Shown here: in pieces, positions 55,563 to 64,000 of the stretch | Position numbering within the stretch: the first letter of the stretch is position 1 | Layout of the letters: every line of letters begins with the position of its first letter | Position numbers and translations under genes: made by a program | The notes under the pieces: generated by a model | Told to the model about the DNA's origin: nothing | Seen by the model: only the letters and a program-made list of their open reading frames with translations | Database searches by the model: none | NCBI GenBank assembly: GCA_013288345.1 | Contig: JABDCA010000008.1 | Coordinates: 10,024 to 74,023 of the forward strand | DNA from: Bacteroidota bacterium | GTDB taxonomy: Bacteria; Bacteroidota; Bacteroidia; JABEUT01 | Reading direction: 5' to 3' | Length of the DNA: 64,000 nucleotides

Positions 55563-56210
55563 CTAATGAGTCTTTGTTATAATCAGATGCATAGCTTTAT
55601 CAGAAAGCTTATTGTGAGTAATCTTGTATCCTAATTTGATAAGATCTATGTTCTCAAAAAGTCTTTCTCCCGACCCAAGAATAACAGGACATACTGCTAT
55701 GTGCATCTCATCTATTACTTGTGCTTTCAAATATTGCTGAATAGTTTTTGTTCCACCACAAATTTGAATATCCTTTGAGCCGGCAGACTCTTTTGCTCGC
55801 TGTAAAGCTAGGTCAATACCTTCTGTTACAAAATGAAAGGTTGTACCGCCTTCCATAGAAATAGATTTACGGGCATGGTTGGTTAAAACATAAACAGGGC
55901 TATGAAATGGCGGATTTTCACCCCACCATCCTTTCCAGCTTTCATCGGGCCAATTCCCTCTAACAGGGCTAAACATATTTCGCCCCATTATACGGGCGCC
56001 AATGTTTTCAGAAGCTCTCAATGCAAAATCGTTATCTACGCTTTTTTCTCCCGCGCTTTTACTCACCATTTGCTGAAAAACATCTGTTGGAAAGAACCAT
56101 TGATGCAAATCCATACCCCCTATTCCTAAAGGGTTGGTTAAATCCTGGTTTGGGCCTGCAGCAAAACCATCTGCAGAAACGGAGAAGTTATGTACTCTTA
56201 TTTTCTGCAT
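55563..56210 (-). CDS. Dihydrofolate-reductase-like (RibD C-terminal domain) family protein
   Basis: MQKIRVHNFSVSADGFAAGP... and ...IDEMHIAVCPVILGSGERLF match the RibD_C pattern (recollection). Confidence 0.6.
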   Translation of the reverse strand: MQKIRVHNFSVSADGFAAGPNQDLTNPLGIGGMDLHQWFFPTDVFQQMVSKSAGEKSVDNDFALRASENIGARIMGRNMFSPVRGNWPDESWKGWWGENPPFHSPVYVLTNHARKSISMEGGTTFHFVTEGIDLALQRAKESAGSKDIQICGGTKTIQQYLKAQVIDEMHIAVCPVILGSGERLFENIDLIKLGYKITHNKLSDKAMHLIITKTH

Positions 56211-56278
56211 GGCTTTTTCAGATTAGAGTAAAAAATAAACTTAATACTTCGGTGGGTTATTAATAGTTGATGAATTAA

Positions 56279-57451
56279 CTATTTCAATATCTCCCTTGCT
56301 ATAACCATCTTCTGCACTTCAGATGTGCCTTCGCCAATGGTACAAAGCTTCGAATCACGGTAATATTTTTCAGCAGGGAAATCTTTTGTATAGCCATAGC
56401 CGCCAAATATTTGCACTGCATCAGTTGAAACCTCTACAGCCACTTCCGATGAATAGTATTTAGCAAAAGCGCCTTCTTTCGTCATTTTTAAATGACGGTT
56501 CTTAAGATCGGCAGCATGCATGGTAAGCAATTCAGCAGCTTCAATTTTAGTTGCCATATCGGCTAACTTAAATGCAATAGCCTGAAACTCGCTGATCGGT
56601 TTATTGAACTGTTGTCTTTCTTTCGAATATTTTACGCTTGCTTCAAATGCGCCTTTTGCAATACCTACACCCAGTGCAGCAATTGAAATTCTGCCGCCAT
56701 CTAATACCTTCATTGCTTGTACAAAACCATCACCTTCTTTACCCAGCAACTGGCTCTTGTGAATTTTGCAATCAGTCATAATAAGCTCTGCAGTTTCCGA
56801 AGCGCGCATGCCCAATTTGTTTTCTTTTTTGCCGCCACGTATACCCGGAGTAGTCTTTTCAATAATGAATGCAGACATTCCATGTGAATCGCCTTTCTCT
56901 CCTGTACGTGCAATAACTACTGCCACATCGCCTGAAATAGCGTGTGTAATAAAATTCTTTGCTCCGTTCAATATATAGTAGTCACCTTCTTTTTTAGCGG
57001 TGGTCGACATGTTACCAGAATCTGATCCGGTACCTACTTCAGTAAGGCCCCATGCTCCAATCCATTCTGCGGTAGCAAGCTTTGGTAAATATTTTTTCTT
57101 TTGCTCATCGTTACCGAATTGCAAAATGTGGCCGGTGCAAAGTGAATTATGTGCAGCTAACGATAAACCAATGGAACCACATATTTTCGATACTTCTACA
57201 ATAGTGGTAACGTATTCGAAATAACTAAGTCCTGCTCCACCATATTCGGTAGGCACAAGCACACCCATAAAGCCAAGTTGGCCCAATTTCTTAAATACTT
57301 CTACAGGGAATATTTGCGCTTCATCCCACTCCATTAGTTTCGGGCGGATGTTTTCCTTACCAAATTTCTGAATGGTATCGGCAATCATTAATTGTGTTTC
57401 GCTGGTGGCAAAATCTATGCCTGTGGCTATATCGGTTTCAACGGTGCTCAT
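56279..57451 (-). CDS. Acyl-CoA dehydrogenase
   Basis: GAWGLTEVGTGSD and QIFGGYGYTKDFPAEKYYRDSKLCTIGEGTSEVQ (the catalytic Glu region). Confidence 0.9.
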   Translation of the reverse strand: MSTVETDIATGIDFATSETQLMIADTIQKFGKENIRPKLMEWDEAQIFPVEVFKKLGQLGFMGVLVPTEYGGAGLSYFEYVTTIVEVSKICGSIGLSLAAHNSLCTGHILQFGNDEQKKKYLPKLATAEWIGAWGLTEVGTGSDSGNMSTTAKKEGDYYILNGAKNFITHAISGDVAVVIARTGEKGDSHGMSAFIIEKTTPGIRGGKKENKLGMRASETAELIMTDCKIHKSQLLGKEGDGFVQAMKVLDGGRISIAALGVGIAKGAFEASVKYSKERQQFNKPISEFQAIAFKLADMATKIEAAELLTMHAADLKNRHLKMTKEGAFAKYYSSEVAVEVSTDAVQIFGGYGYTKDFPAEKYYRDSKLCTIGEGTSEVQKMVIAREILK

Positions 57452-57489
57452 TGTTCTTGATTTAAGTATATTATTTTAAAATAAAAATG

Positions 57490-57622
57490 GAACACTGATG
57501 ACGCTGATTCGACGGAGCTTCCACTGATTTTTTAATTAGTGTCTTGAAAGATTTTACAAGCCCTAAAAGACCTTCACTGATTTTATCTGTGTTCATCTGT
57601 AATATCTGTGTCATCCGTGTTC
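57490..57622. repeat. Large imperfect inverted repeat of the ATCTGTG...GTGTTC family
   Basis: Left arm GAACACTGATGACGCTGAT... (57490-57528). Right arm ...ATCTGTGTCATCCGTGTTC (57585-57622). The spacer is about 56 nt. Confidence 0.65.
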
Positions 57623-57657
57623 TATTTCGTAGTGTGCAAATTTAGTATTTCAGGGCA

Positions 57658-58311
57658 TTAATCGGTTATGCTAATATACGGAGATAGTTTGTCATACAAT
57701 TGCTTATCTATGCCCTCGACCTTCATTATATCAGTTACATGGGTAAAATGTCCATTTTCTTTACGGTAATGTACTATTGCTTTTGCCAGGTTTTTACGAA
57801 TATAAGGATGATGTGCCAGTTCCTTTTCATTGGCCTTGTTAATGTTGATCCTCTGCACTTTAGATGCATCTAGTGTTATAGAATTGACGAGGGAATAATA
57901 GGCGGCCGTGTCCATTCCATATACCTCAAATAGTTGTTCTATTTTATAATAACCACCCAATGCATTGCGGAACCTTACTATAGTTCGTGCAACCTTCGGA
58001 CTTATTAATGGAAAGTTTGTAAAATCGGCTGAGTCGGCCGTGTTCACTTCTATAAAAGTATTGATTGCAGGTTTGTTTAACAATGAAGTTGAATCTTTGG
58101 GTCGGGCATTTGCACGCTTTGTAGTATCAGATGCTTTGAATTTCACTTTGGCCATATCGGCTTTAAATGAAGAGAAATCTACACCTGCAGGTGATGGAGG
58201 CAAATAATCTGTGATGATAAGATAGATCATCATGCCGGCAATCAGCATAAGTAATACCAATACCCCGTTACGTTGCCGTTTGTTAAAAGCAAAATAATCT
58301 TTGACCCCCAT
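57658..58311 (-). CDS. ComEA-like helix-hairpin-helix DNA-binding membrane-anchored protein
   Basis: N-terminal TM helix and two HhH-type segments (VNTADSADFTNFPLISPKVARTIVRFRNALGGY; INKANEKELAHHPYIRKNLAKAIVHYRKENGHF). Confidence 0.65.
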   Translation of the reverse strand: MGVKDYFAFNKRQRNGVLVLLMLIAGMMIYLIITDYLPPSPAGVDFSSFKADMAKVKFKASDTTKRANARPKDSTSLLNKPAINTFIEVNTADSADFTNFPLISPKVARTIVRFRNALGGYYKIEQLFEVYGMDTAAYYSLVNSITLDASKVQRININKANEKELAHHPYIRKNLAKAIVHYRKENGHFTHVTDIMKVEGIDKQLYDKLSPYISITD

Positions 58312-58363
58312 GAAGCTAAATTACAAGTGGTGAAATTAAAAATTATAAGGTGAATGCCTATTT

Positions 58364-59197
58364 TTAGTATATGCTATAGATAAGCCGAAGAGATAAATTG
58401 TATTCAAGATAATTCTCAGATATACATGGAGTAAAATAAAAAGCAGGTTCAATTAATAGATTATTTAGATTGATACGAGCGCCTACACCCATTTGAATGG
58501 GGACACTAAGGTAAAAGACCTCTTTGGTAGTATTAGTATAAATAAAGGCCGTATCATAATACCATTTATTGCTTAGTTCATTATAGGAAGAATAATCCTG
58601 CCATTCTCTTTTTTGCTGATTAATTTTTACCAGATTAAAATTGAAACCGATGCCACATGAAATAAAAATGGACTTATAAGTATATTGAAGCTTATAATCT
58701 AAAGAATAGATGCTTTGGGTATAAGGAGCCTTGACTGAATCGAAAATATTGGCGCTTGCTAAACTATTATGAGTTACATGCTCTGTATACCAGATATTGT
58801 AAGCATATTCACCTGAATATTGTGTGTAATGAAATCCAACAAAATTATTGAATCCTGAAGCTCTATTACGGAATGGGAATTCAACACCCAAGCCAATACA
58901 AAAGGAATTGGTTAAACTTTTAAAGTTGTATTTACTGGGGATTGTATCTCCATAGCCAACGCCACCAGCTGTAAATGATGAACCGACTTTTGCACAGTAT
59001 GAAGGACTGTTGAAACCTGCCAGGTAATTTGCATTATTGAAAAAACTAATTCCATAATATTGTACAAGACCGACACCACCATAAATCCCAATTCCGGTTA
59101 TTTTAATTTTTGTGGAGTCGCTCTTTTGAGAAAACCCCAAAAGCGGCAACAAGAAAAATAGAAGAAGACCTATTTTATTTACCAGAAAGGGTCTCAT
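58364..59197 (-). CDS. Outer-membrane beta-barrel protein, unknown function
   Basis: Signal peptide, Y/F/G/N-rich alternating strands, and an aromatic C-terminus (IYSIY). Confidence 0.5.
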   Translation of the reverse strand: MRPFLVNKIGLLLFFLLPLLGFSQKSDSTKIKITGIGIYGGVGLVQYYGISFFNNANYLAGFNSPSYCAKVGSSFTAGGVGYGDTIPSKYNFKSLTNSFCIGLGVEFPFRNRASGFNNFVGFHYTQYSGEYAYNIWYTEHVTHNSLASANIFDSVKAPYTQSIYSLDYKLQYTYKSIFISCGIGFNFNLVKINQQKREWQDYSSYNELSNKWYYDTAFIYTNTTKEVFYLSVPIQMGVGARINLNNLLIEPAFYFTPCISENYLEYNLSLRLIYSIY

Positions 59198-59297
59198 TGA
59201 AAACTCATTTTTTATCTCTTTGAAAAGTGGTTCAAGCCTTTTACAACTGCAATTTACGCAATTAATATACTTCCGCCAAACTTAACGCCAAATTGAA

Positions 59298-60833
59298 TCA
59301 TTTATGATTAAATGTGCTATCGCTTTTCGTTTTATGCGCCCGGTGCTTTCTTCGATGATGGCGCTTGCGACGTTTATGTTTACGAGCATGCTTCGAAGCA
59401 ATTGCCTTGGTGGACTGTATAACAGGTGCAGGAGTTGCTGCAGGCTTTACTGTATCGCTTTTCGGTGGTACTGGAGGATTGCCTGCAGGAGGGTTATTAT
59501 CGGTTATTCTTGATGTTTCAAATAAGGCAGAGTTTTTATCTTGCAGTGCAGAAAATGCTTTTGCTCTGTAGCCAAGGTCTGGCAGCTTGTAAGTAGCAAC
59601 ACTTATGGTGATGTAATAAATAGTGGCCAACGAAAAGAAGATACCGATGTAGAGCGGTTTTAAAAATCCTTTTTCGATGAAGAATTGTATGCAAATACAC
59701 AAATAGATAACCGACAGAGGAAAGAAAATTATAAGCGCATGCTGGCCCGGCCTTACGAATGAGAACATATACAATATACCAAGTGCCAGTGTAAGTATGC
59801 ACGACGTGTATAAAAAGCGTTTGTAGTTAGCCATGTATATTTTTGCGCCTTTTATAAAATAGATAAGAACCTGGCTGGCAGCAATCAGGAGGCCCATGAC
59901 CTGCAATATGCCAAAAACAATTGCAAGAGGTTTAGGCAAATACTTCCATAAACTGTTGAAGGTATAGGCCGGCGAAAAGGTATTCATATCATACCCGGCA
60001 AGTGTTATAAGGAAATATAATACTGAGCCTATATCTGCTATGTGCTTGAAACTAAAGTCGAGGTTCTTTCCTTGTTGTATTAATATGCTTAATCCGTATT
60101 GGCGCAATGCAGGCACAATAGCTGCAAACCCAATTGCAAAGCCAATTAAACTGAACAGGGCTATTTTCATCCACATAGAAAAAGGAAATCGCTTTTTCTT
60201 TAAAACATAAAATACAACAGCAACCCACAGTAGCAACAATACAATATATGAGGCATGTACCTGGAAAGCGCAAATGATACTAAAGCTCATCCAGAAGAAA
60301 CGCCATTGCGGTTTTATCAATTGCAGATCGAACAGTTCGAATGATTCGAAAACCGATAAAATAAAGGGTACTGAAAGTATCAGTACGTATGCCGGGTTAA
60401 TTATTTTTAAGCCTGTATGTACGGCAAAAGGTGCAAAAGCAACAATAGAATAAACTACCCATCGCGGTATTTTTGGAAACAGCTTGGTTACATACCATGA
60501 TAAGTAAATTAAAGCCACTGATTCTAATATGAAAAGTAATAGATACGGAGAGAATGGATTTGGCCATAGCGAAAGTGGTGCACCAATTAAAAATCCCTGT
60601 AGTCCTCCTGCAAGGTGAGAGTTGGTATAAACTACATCGGGCCCCCATACCGGAAAATGGCCTGTGGTATAATAACTTAAGCCTAAAAGGTATATGTGTG
60701 ACTCATCGCCGTTATCGAGCCAAGCATAATTTTTTAAATAACCCGCAGAGCAATACAAAAACCTTGCCAGGTAAAGTAAAAAGATAAAAGCGAACTGCTT
60801 TGTGAAATTCTTTTTAATGAACGATTGCAGCAT
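59298..60833 (-). CDS. Polytopic membrane protein (GT-C-like?) with a Pro-rich linker and a polybasic/His-rich C-terminal tail
   Basis: About 12 TM segments, then NNPPAGNPPVPPKSDTVKPAATPAPV and KHARKHKRRKRHHRRKHRAHKTK. Confidence 0.55.
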   Translation of the reverse strand: MLQSFIKKNFTKQFAFIFLLYLARFLYCSAGYLKNYAWLDNGDESHIYLLGLSYYTTGHFPVWGPDVVYTNSHLAGGLQGFLIGAPLSLWPNPFSPYLLLFILESVALIYLSWYVTKLFPKIPRWVVYSIVAFAPFAVHTGLKIINPAYVLILSVPFILSVFESFELFDLQLIKPQWRFFWMSFSIICAFQVHASYIVLLLLWVAVVFYVLKKKRFPFSMWMKIALFSLIGFAIGFAAIVPALRQYGLSILIQQGKNLDFSFKHIADIGSVLYFLITLAGYDMNTFSPAYTFNSLWKYLPKPLAIVFGILQVMGLLIAASQVLIYFIKGAKIYMANYKRFLYTSCILTLALGILYMFSFVRPGQHALIIFFPLSVIYLCICIQFFIEKGFLKPLYIGIFFSLATIYYITISVATYKLPDLGYRAKAFSALQDKNSALFETSRITDNNPPAGNPPVPPKSDTVKPAATPAPVIQSTKAIASKHARKHKRRKRHHRRKHRAHKTKSDSTFNHK

Positions 60834-60853
60834 ACCTGAGGGTAATTAAAAGA

Positions 60854-62113
60854 TCAAGTGTCTTTTTTAACCTTTAGGTTAAGTTGGTCAATACGCGTTG
60901 CAGAAGAAGAAATGACTTTAATCTCAAAGTTGCCGATGGTAATTATATCACCTGCTTTAGGTATAGTACCTGTGTTGTGCAGAATAAGGCCACCCAGTGT
61001 TTTATAATCATCCAGATCGGGCAAGCCCAAATTATATTTTTGGTTCAGGTAATCAATATCCAGTCGGGCAGAGAGTATGTATTCATCAGGTGCTACCTGC
61101 TTTTCAGGTAATTCCTCTTTATCATACTCATCATCAATCTTCCCGAATATTTTTTCAATAACATCTTCAGTTGTAAGTATACCGGAGTTTACGCCAAACT
61201 CATCAACTACCACCGCCATGCTTTTGTGCTGCTGCATTAATATACGCAGCGCATCCCTGGCCGGCATCGATTCGGGTATTACAGGTGCAGGCAGTAAAAT
61301 ATTTTTTACATCGCCGGGTTGCTTAAACATTTCATGATAGTGTATATAGCCAAGCACATTATCCATATTGGAATTATAAACCAATATGCGAGAGAGGCCT
61401 GTTTGCTGGAATTTTTCTTTGATCTTTACTATGCCTTCATTTATATCCATAGCAATAGCATCTACACGGGGCACCATGCAATCGCGCACCTTTACATCTG
61501 GGAAACTTAATGCATTACGGAATATCTGTACCTCATGTTCTACTTCCTGTTTGCCGGTAGTAGTGGTTGTGTGCTGGTCGATATAATCGTGCAGATCGGT
61601 TTTGGTAAAAGTGCTTTGAAACCTGAAAAGGTTAATGTTAAAAATTTGCTTCATTATAAAGTGCGCTACGTTAAGCACTATGGCTGTAAGTGGCAGCAAC
61701 AGGTAAAACATAATCATGCTGGGCAGCGCAAAAAACTTTAGTGTACGGTTTGGGTTTGACCTAAAAATATTTTTTGGAATAAAATCGGCAACTACTAAAA
61801 TTACACCTGTAGGTACAATAGTTTGTATAATAAGCATACCTAAACGGGCATGTATGTATGGCGATAAACTCGATTCAAGCAGGTCGGCTAATACTATACT
61901 GAATACTACAATTGCCAATGTATTACCAAGCAACAAGGTGGTAAGAAAACGAACGGGACTGTGTGTAATGCGCGCAAATATCCGCCCCGACAGACTTTCT
62001 TTCTGGCTTTCTACATGTATCTGCAATTTGTTGGCCGATACATAAGCAATTTCGAGCCCCGAAAAAAAGAAGGAGAAAAGCAATGAAACTAATATGATGA
62101 GAAAAGTAAACAT
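60854..62113 (-). CDS. DUF21(CNNM)-CBS-CorC family membrane protein (hemolysin-like)
   Basis: N-terminal CNNM TM domain, a CBS pair, and a CorC_HlyC C-terminal domain (YKTLGGLILHNTGTIPKAGD). Confidence 0.75.
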   Translation of the reverse strand: MFTFLIILVSLLFSFFFSGLEIAYVSANKLQIHVESQKESLSGRIFARITHSPVRFLTTLLLGNTLAIVVFSIVLADLLESSLSPYIHARLGMLIIQTIVPTGVILVVADFIPKNIFRSNPNRTLKFFALPSMIMFYLLLPLTAIVLNVAHFIMKQIFNINLFRFQSTFTKTDLHDYIDQHTTTTTGKQEVEHEVQIFRNALSFPDVKVRDCMVPRVDAIAMDINEGIVKIKEKFQQTGLSRILVYNSNMDNVLGYIHYHEMFKQPGDVKNILLPAPVIPESMPARDALRILMQQHKSMAVVVDEFGVNSGILTTEDVIEKIFGKIDDEYDKEELPEKQVAPDEYILSARLDIDYLNQKYNLGLPDLDDYKTLGGLILHNTGTIPKAGDIITIGNFEIKVISSSATRIDQLNLKVKKDT

Positions 62114-62125
62114 CTTTCTTTCTGC

Positions 62126-62695
62126 TTATTCTTTTTTTGAATTACTAAGTGTTACTGATCCTTTTATATTAATTATTTTATAATCGGTAAAGTCTTCGTT
62201 CGATTGCAGGCCGTCGCCATATAATATTTGGGTGGCCGTAGTTATTTTTACATACTTATTAGTGTATATACTATGCTTTGTTGCATCCCAAAAAAGCTGT
62301 TCGGTATTTAAGGTATCGCCCTTTTTATTTATCACCACCACATCATTATCAGCTTCCATTAATTGCTTATCCTTATTGTCGTGCATTATACCCTTGTTAG
62401 CGCTAACATGGCTTGTTACGTTCATCGAATCGTCGTAAAAATCAATTTTCATGCCTTTATTAAACGAATCTACCGGATCAGTACCACCATATCTTTCAAT
62501 AATGGGTGCAAGCAAACGTAATTTTGTCCGTGCCGAATCGGTATAAACAATGTTGGCATTTTCTTCTACCAGCAAAGGAGTTTTATCGGGTGCGGTAATA
62601 ACGGTTACGGTAGCCATATTGTTTTCGCATGAAAAAATACAAAGCGAACCAATTGCGAAGAAGATAATAGAAACAAGACGAAGATGATTCATCAA
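62126..62695 (-). CDS. lptC: LptC-like periplasmic lipoprotein (LPS export)
   Basis: Lipoprotein signal (IFSCENN) and a ~190-aa beta-rich protein. The position upstream of the CNNM/hemolysin gene matches a neighbourhood I recall as common in Bacteroidota. The assignment is tentative. Confidence 0.5.
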   Translation of the reverse strand: MMNHLRLVSIIFFAIGSLCIFSCENNMATVTVITAPDKTPLLVEENANIVYTDSARTKLRLLAPIIERYGGTDPVDSFNKGMKIDFYDDSMNVTSHVSANKGIMHDNKDKQLMEADNDVVVINKKGDTLNTEQLFWDATKHSIYTNKYVKITTATQILYGDGLQSNEDFTDYKIINIKGSVTLSNSKKE

Positions 62696-62729
62696 TAAAT
62701 TAATCTGACAAATACAAAGATACAGAAAC

Positions 62730-64000
62730 CTATTGGTACAGGTGTTTCTGGAACCACTTGCTGTTAAAGGTAAAGGCTATCAGAAACTTTGCATAGCGTT
62801 CTCTCAGTAAATCATTGTTTGTAGTACCAAGCTGGCCTAACTGTATGCCAATATTCAATATGCCTAACTGAGAATTTGCTGGTGTAAACGTTGGTGGCCC
62901 TACCGGCATGGCAAAGCCAAGCGTTAAACAATTATCTGTAATTGGTGTATTGTTCAGATCAAGATAAGTTTGGGTTGAAGAGAAGCCTGCCCTATAATGT
63001 ATTCTGTCAAAAAAGCTATTAGAGATTTTATGCGGAATATATTGCAGGCCAACATTATACTGTCGTTTAAGTTTTGAGTTTGTCCAAATTCAGAATACTG
63101 GCTCCATTTTTCCATAGAGTAATCAACCGAAAACATGAATTGATTATTATTGTCTTTATCGCGAAGAATCCATGTCAGCCCTCCACCAAAGGTCATGGGT
63201 AGTTTTATCATCCCGCTCGAATGGATATTTTGAATGGTATCAATATTGTTTTGTGGTGAGCCGGGAAGGTCGCTAATTGCGAGTAGATTAGAGCTTGCAA
63301 ATAAACTGCTTCCCATTGATGCGGTTGCACCAATTACAAATTGAGATGAACTATCGCGTGTTTTACCCAGCGTGTACATTAAGCCATAATCACCGGTAAA
63401 GCCATGTAGGTTTATATTTTCGGTTACCTGGCTGTTATAGGCGCCAAGGTTAGGAGAATAAATAACGTTTTGCTGGTAATTGAGGTAACCAAAAAGGAAA
63501 GATAGGTTAGCGCCAACCGATAAGTTTTTAAATGGCGAATATGCCAGGCCAAAATGCAATTGGTTAATACCGCCACTACCTACATACTGGTTATTGGTAG
63601 TGCCAATGCTGGTTCCGCTGCTATCGACACTGCCGGTAGTATTAATGCTATACCCTACACTGCTCATTGGGCGTAAGCCAAAGCTGCCGCCAAAATGCTT
63701 ACCCATTGGGAAGGCAATGGCAAAATATCCGAAATAAGTATTGTTGTTATTGTGGCTGACTCCTTCGGTAGTTAACTGCACATTATTGTTCAGCATGCCT
63801 GCTTCGTATGTAGTAACATGGTTATAAACGTACGATGCCGGGTTCTTCAAATTGATAAAGTCAGGGGTAAGCGTATCGTTGTGCAATGCAATACCGGTAT
63901 TGCCCATTGAGAAACTTTGTACACCGTTTTGGTTTTGAAGGTCGCCTATGCCATAGCGTGAATAAGGAGATACGGTAGCCGACTGGGCATAGCATGATGC
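62730..64000 (-). pseudogene. Outer-membrane beta-barrel (FadL/porin-like) gene, apparently frameshifted near 63065-63090. Its 5' end lies just beyond the window.
   Basis: The frame is open to the window edge (…CYAQSATVSPYSRYGIGDLQNQNG…). The ORF-track frame degenerates after …WSQYSEFGQT. The neighbouring frame reads a convincing barrel C-terminus, NSKLKRQYNVGLQYIPHKISNSFFDRIHYRAGFSSTQTYLDLNN…RERYAKFLIAFTFNSKWFQKHLYQ, ending at stop 62730-62732. Confidence 0.55.

Noticed and set aside
36226-62113. The two CNNM-CBS-CorC paralogs (36226-37560 and 60854-62113) as a duplicated system
   Set aside because: As far as I recall, having a GldE-like copy next to ssb and a second copy next to lptC is the usual Bacteroidota arrangement. 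There is nothing unusual in the sequence.

Overview
By eye this is a moderately AT-rich chromosomal segment of Bacteroidota type. The evidence is TAnnTTTG -7 promoter boxes in front of many genes, a T9SS C-terminal sorting domain, a CarboxypepD_reg TonB-dependent receptor, an ssb/gldE-like pair, and MORN (YwqK-like), TPR and WG-repeat proteins. I call about 59 protein-coding genes, and coding density is very high. I found no rRNA, tRNA, CRISPR array, transposase or integrase.

Most genes are housekeeping: nuoEF, psd, mnmG, kynA, nadA, rpiB, pyrG, ssb, typA, murF, fbp, lysC, lptC, an acyl-CoA dehydrogenase, and others.

The less ordinary content is:
1. A tightly packed operon of three diverged lipoprotein trypsin-fold proteases with an unrecognised N-terminal domain (14335-18820). 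An orphan HTH-like gene and a 10-bp-phased CCGCCA triplet follow it.
2. A family of nested GC-rich palindromic elements. One copy sits in frame, as exactly 111 nt, inside a TPR-SpoIIE phosphatase gene.
3. A second dispersed repeat family (ATCTGTG...GTGTTC), clustered CACGTG-core palindromes, inverted heptamer arrays, and a GC-rich module in a divergent promoter region.
4. A small accessory patch holding a direct-repeat-flanked small membrane gene, a WG-repeat protein and an orphan Tdi1-like immunity gene.
5. A stand-alone nuoEF pair, a secreted serpin, a Kir-type K+ channel, and an apparently frameshifted outer-membrane barrel gene.

All functional calls rest on motifs I read in the supplied translations. 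No database search was run.
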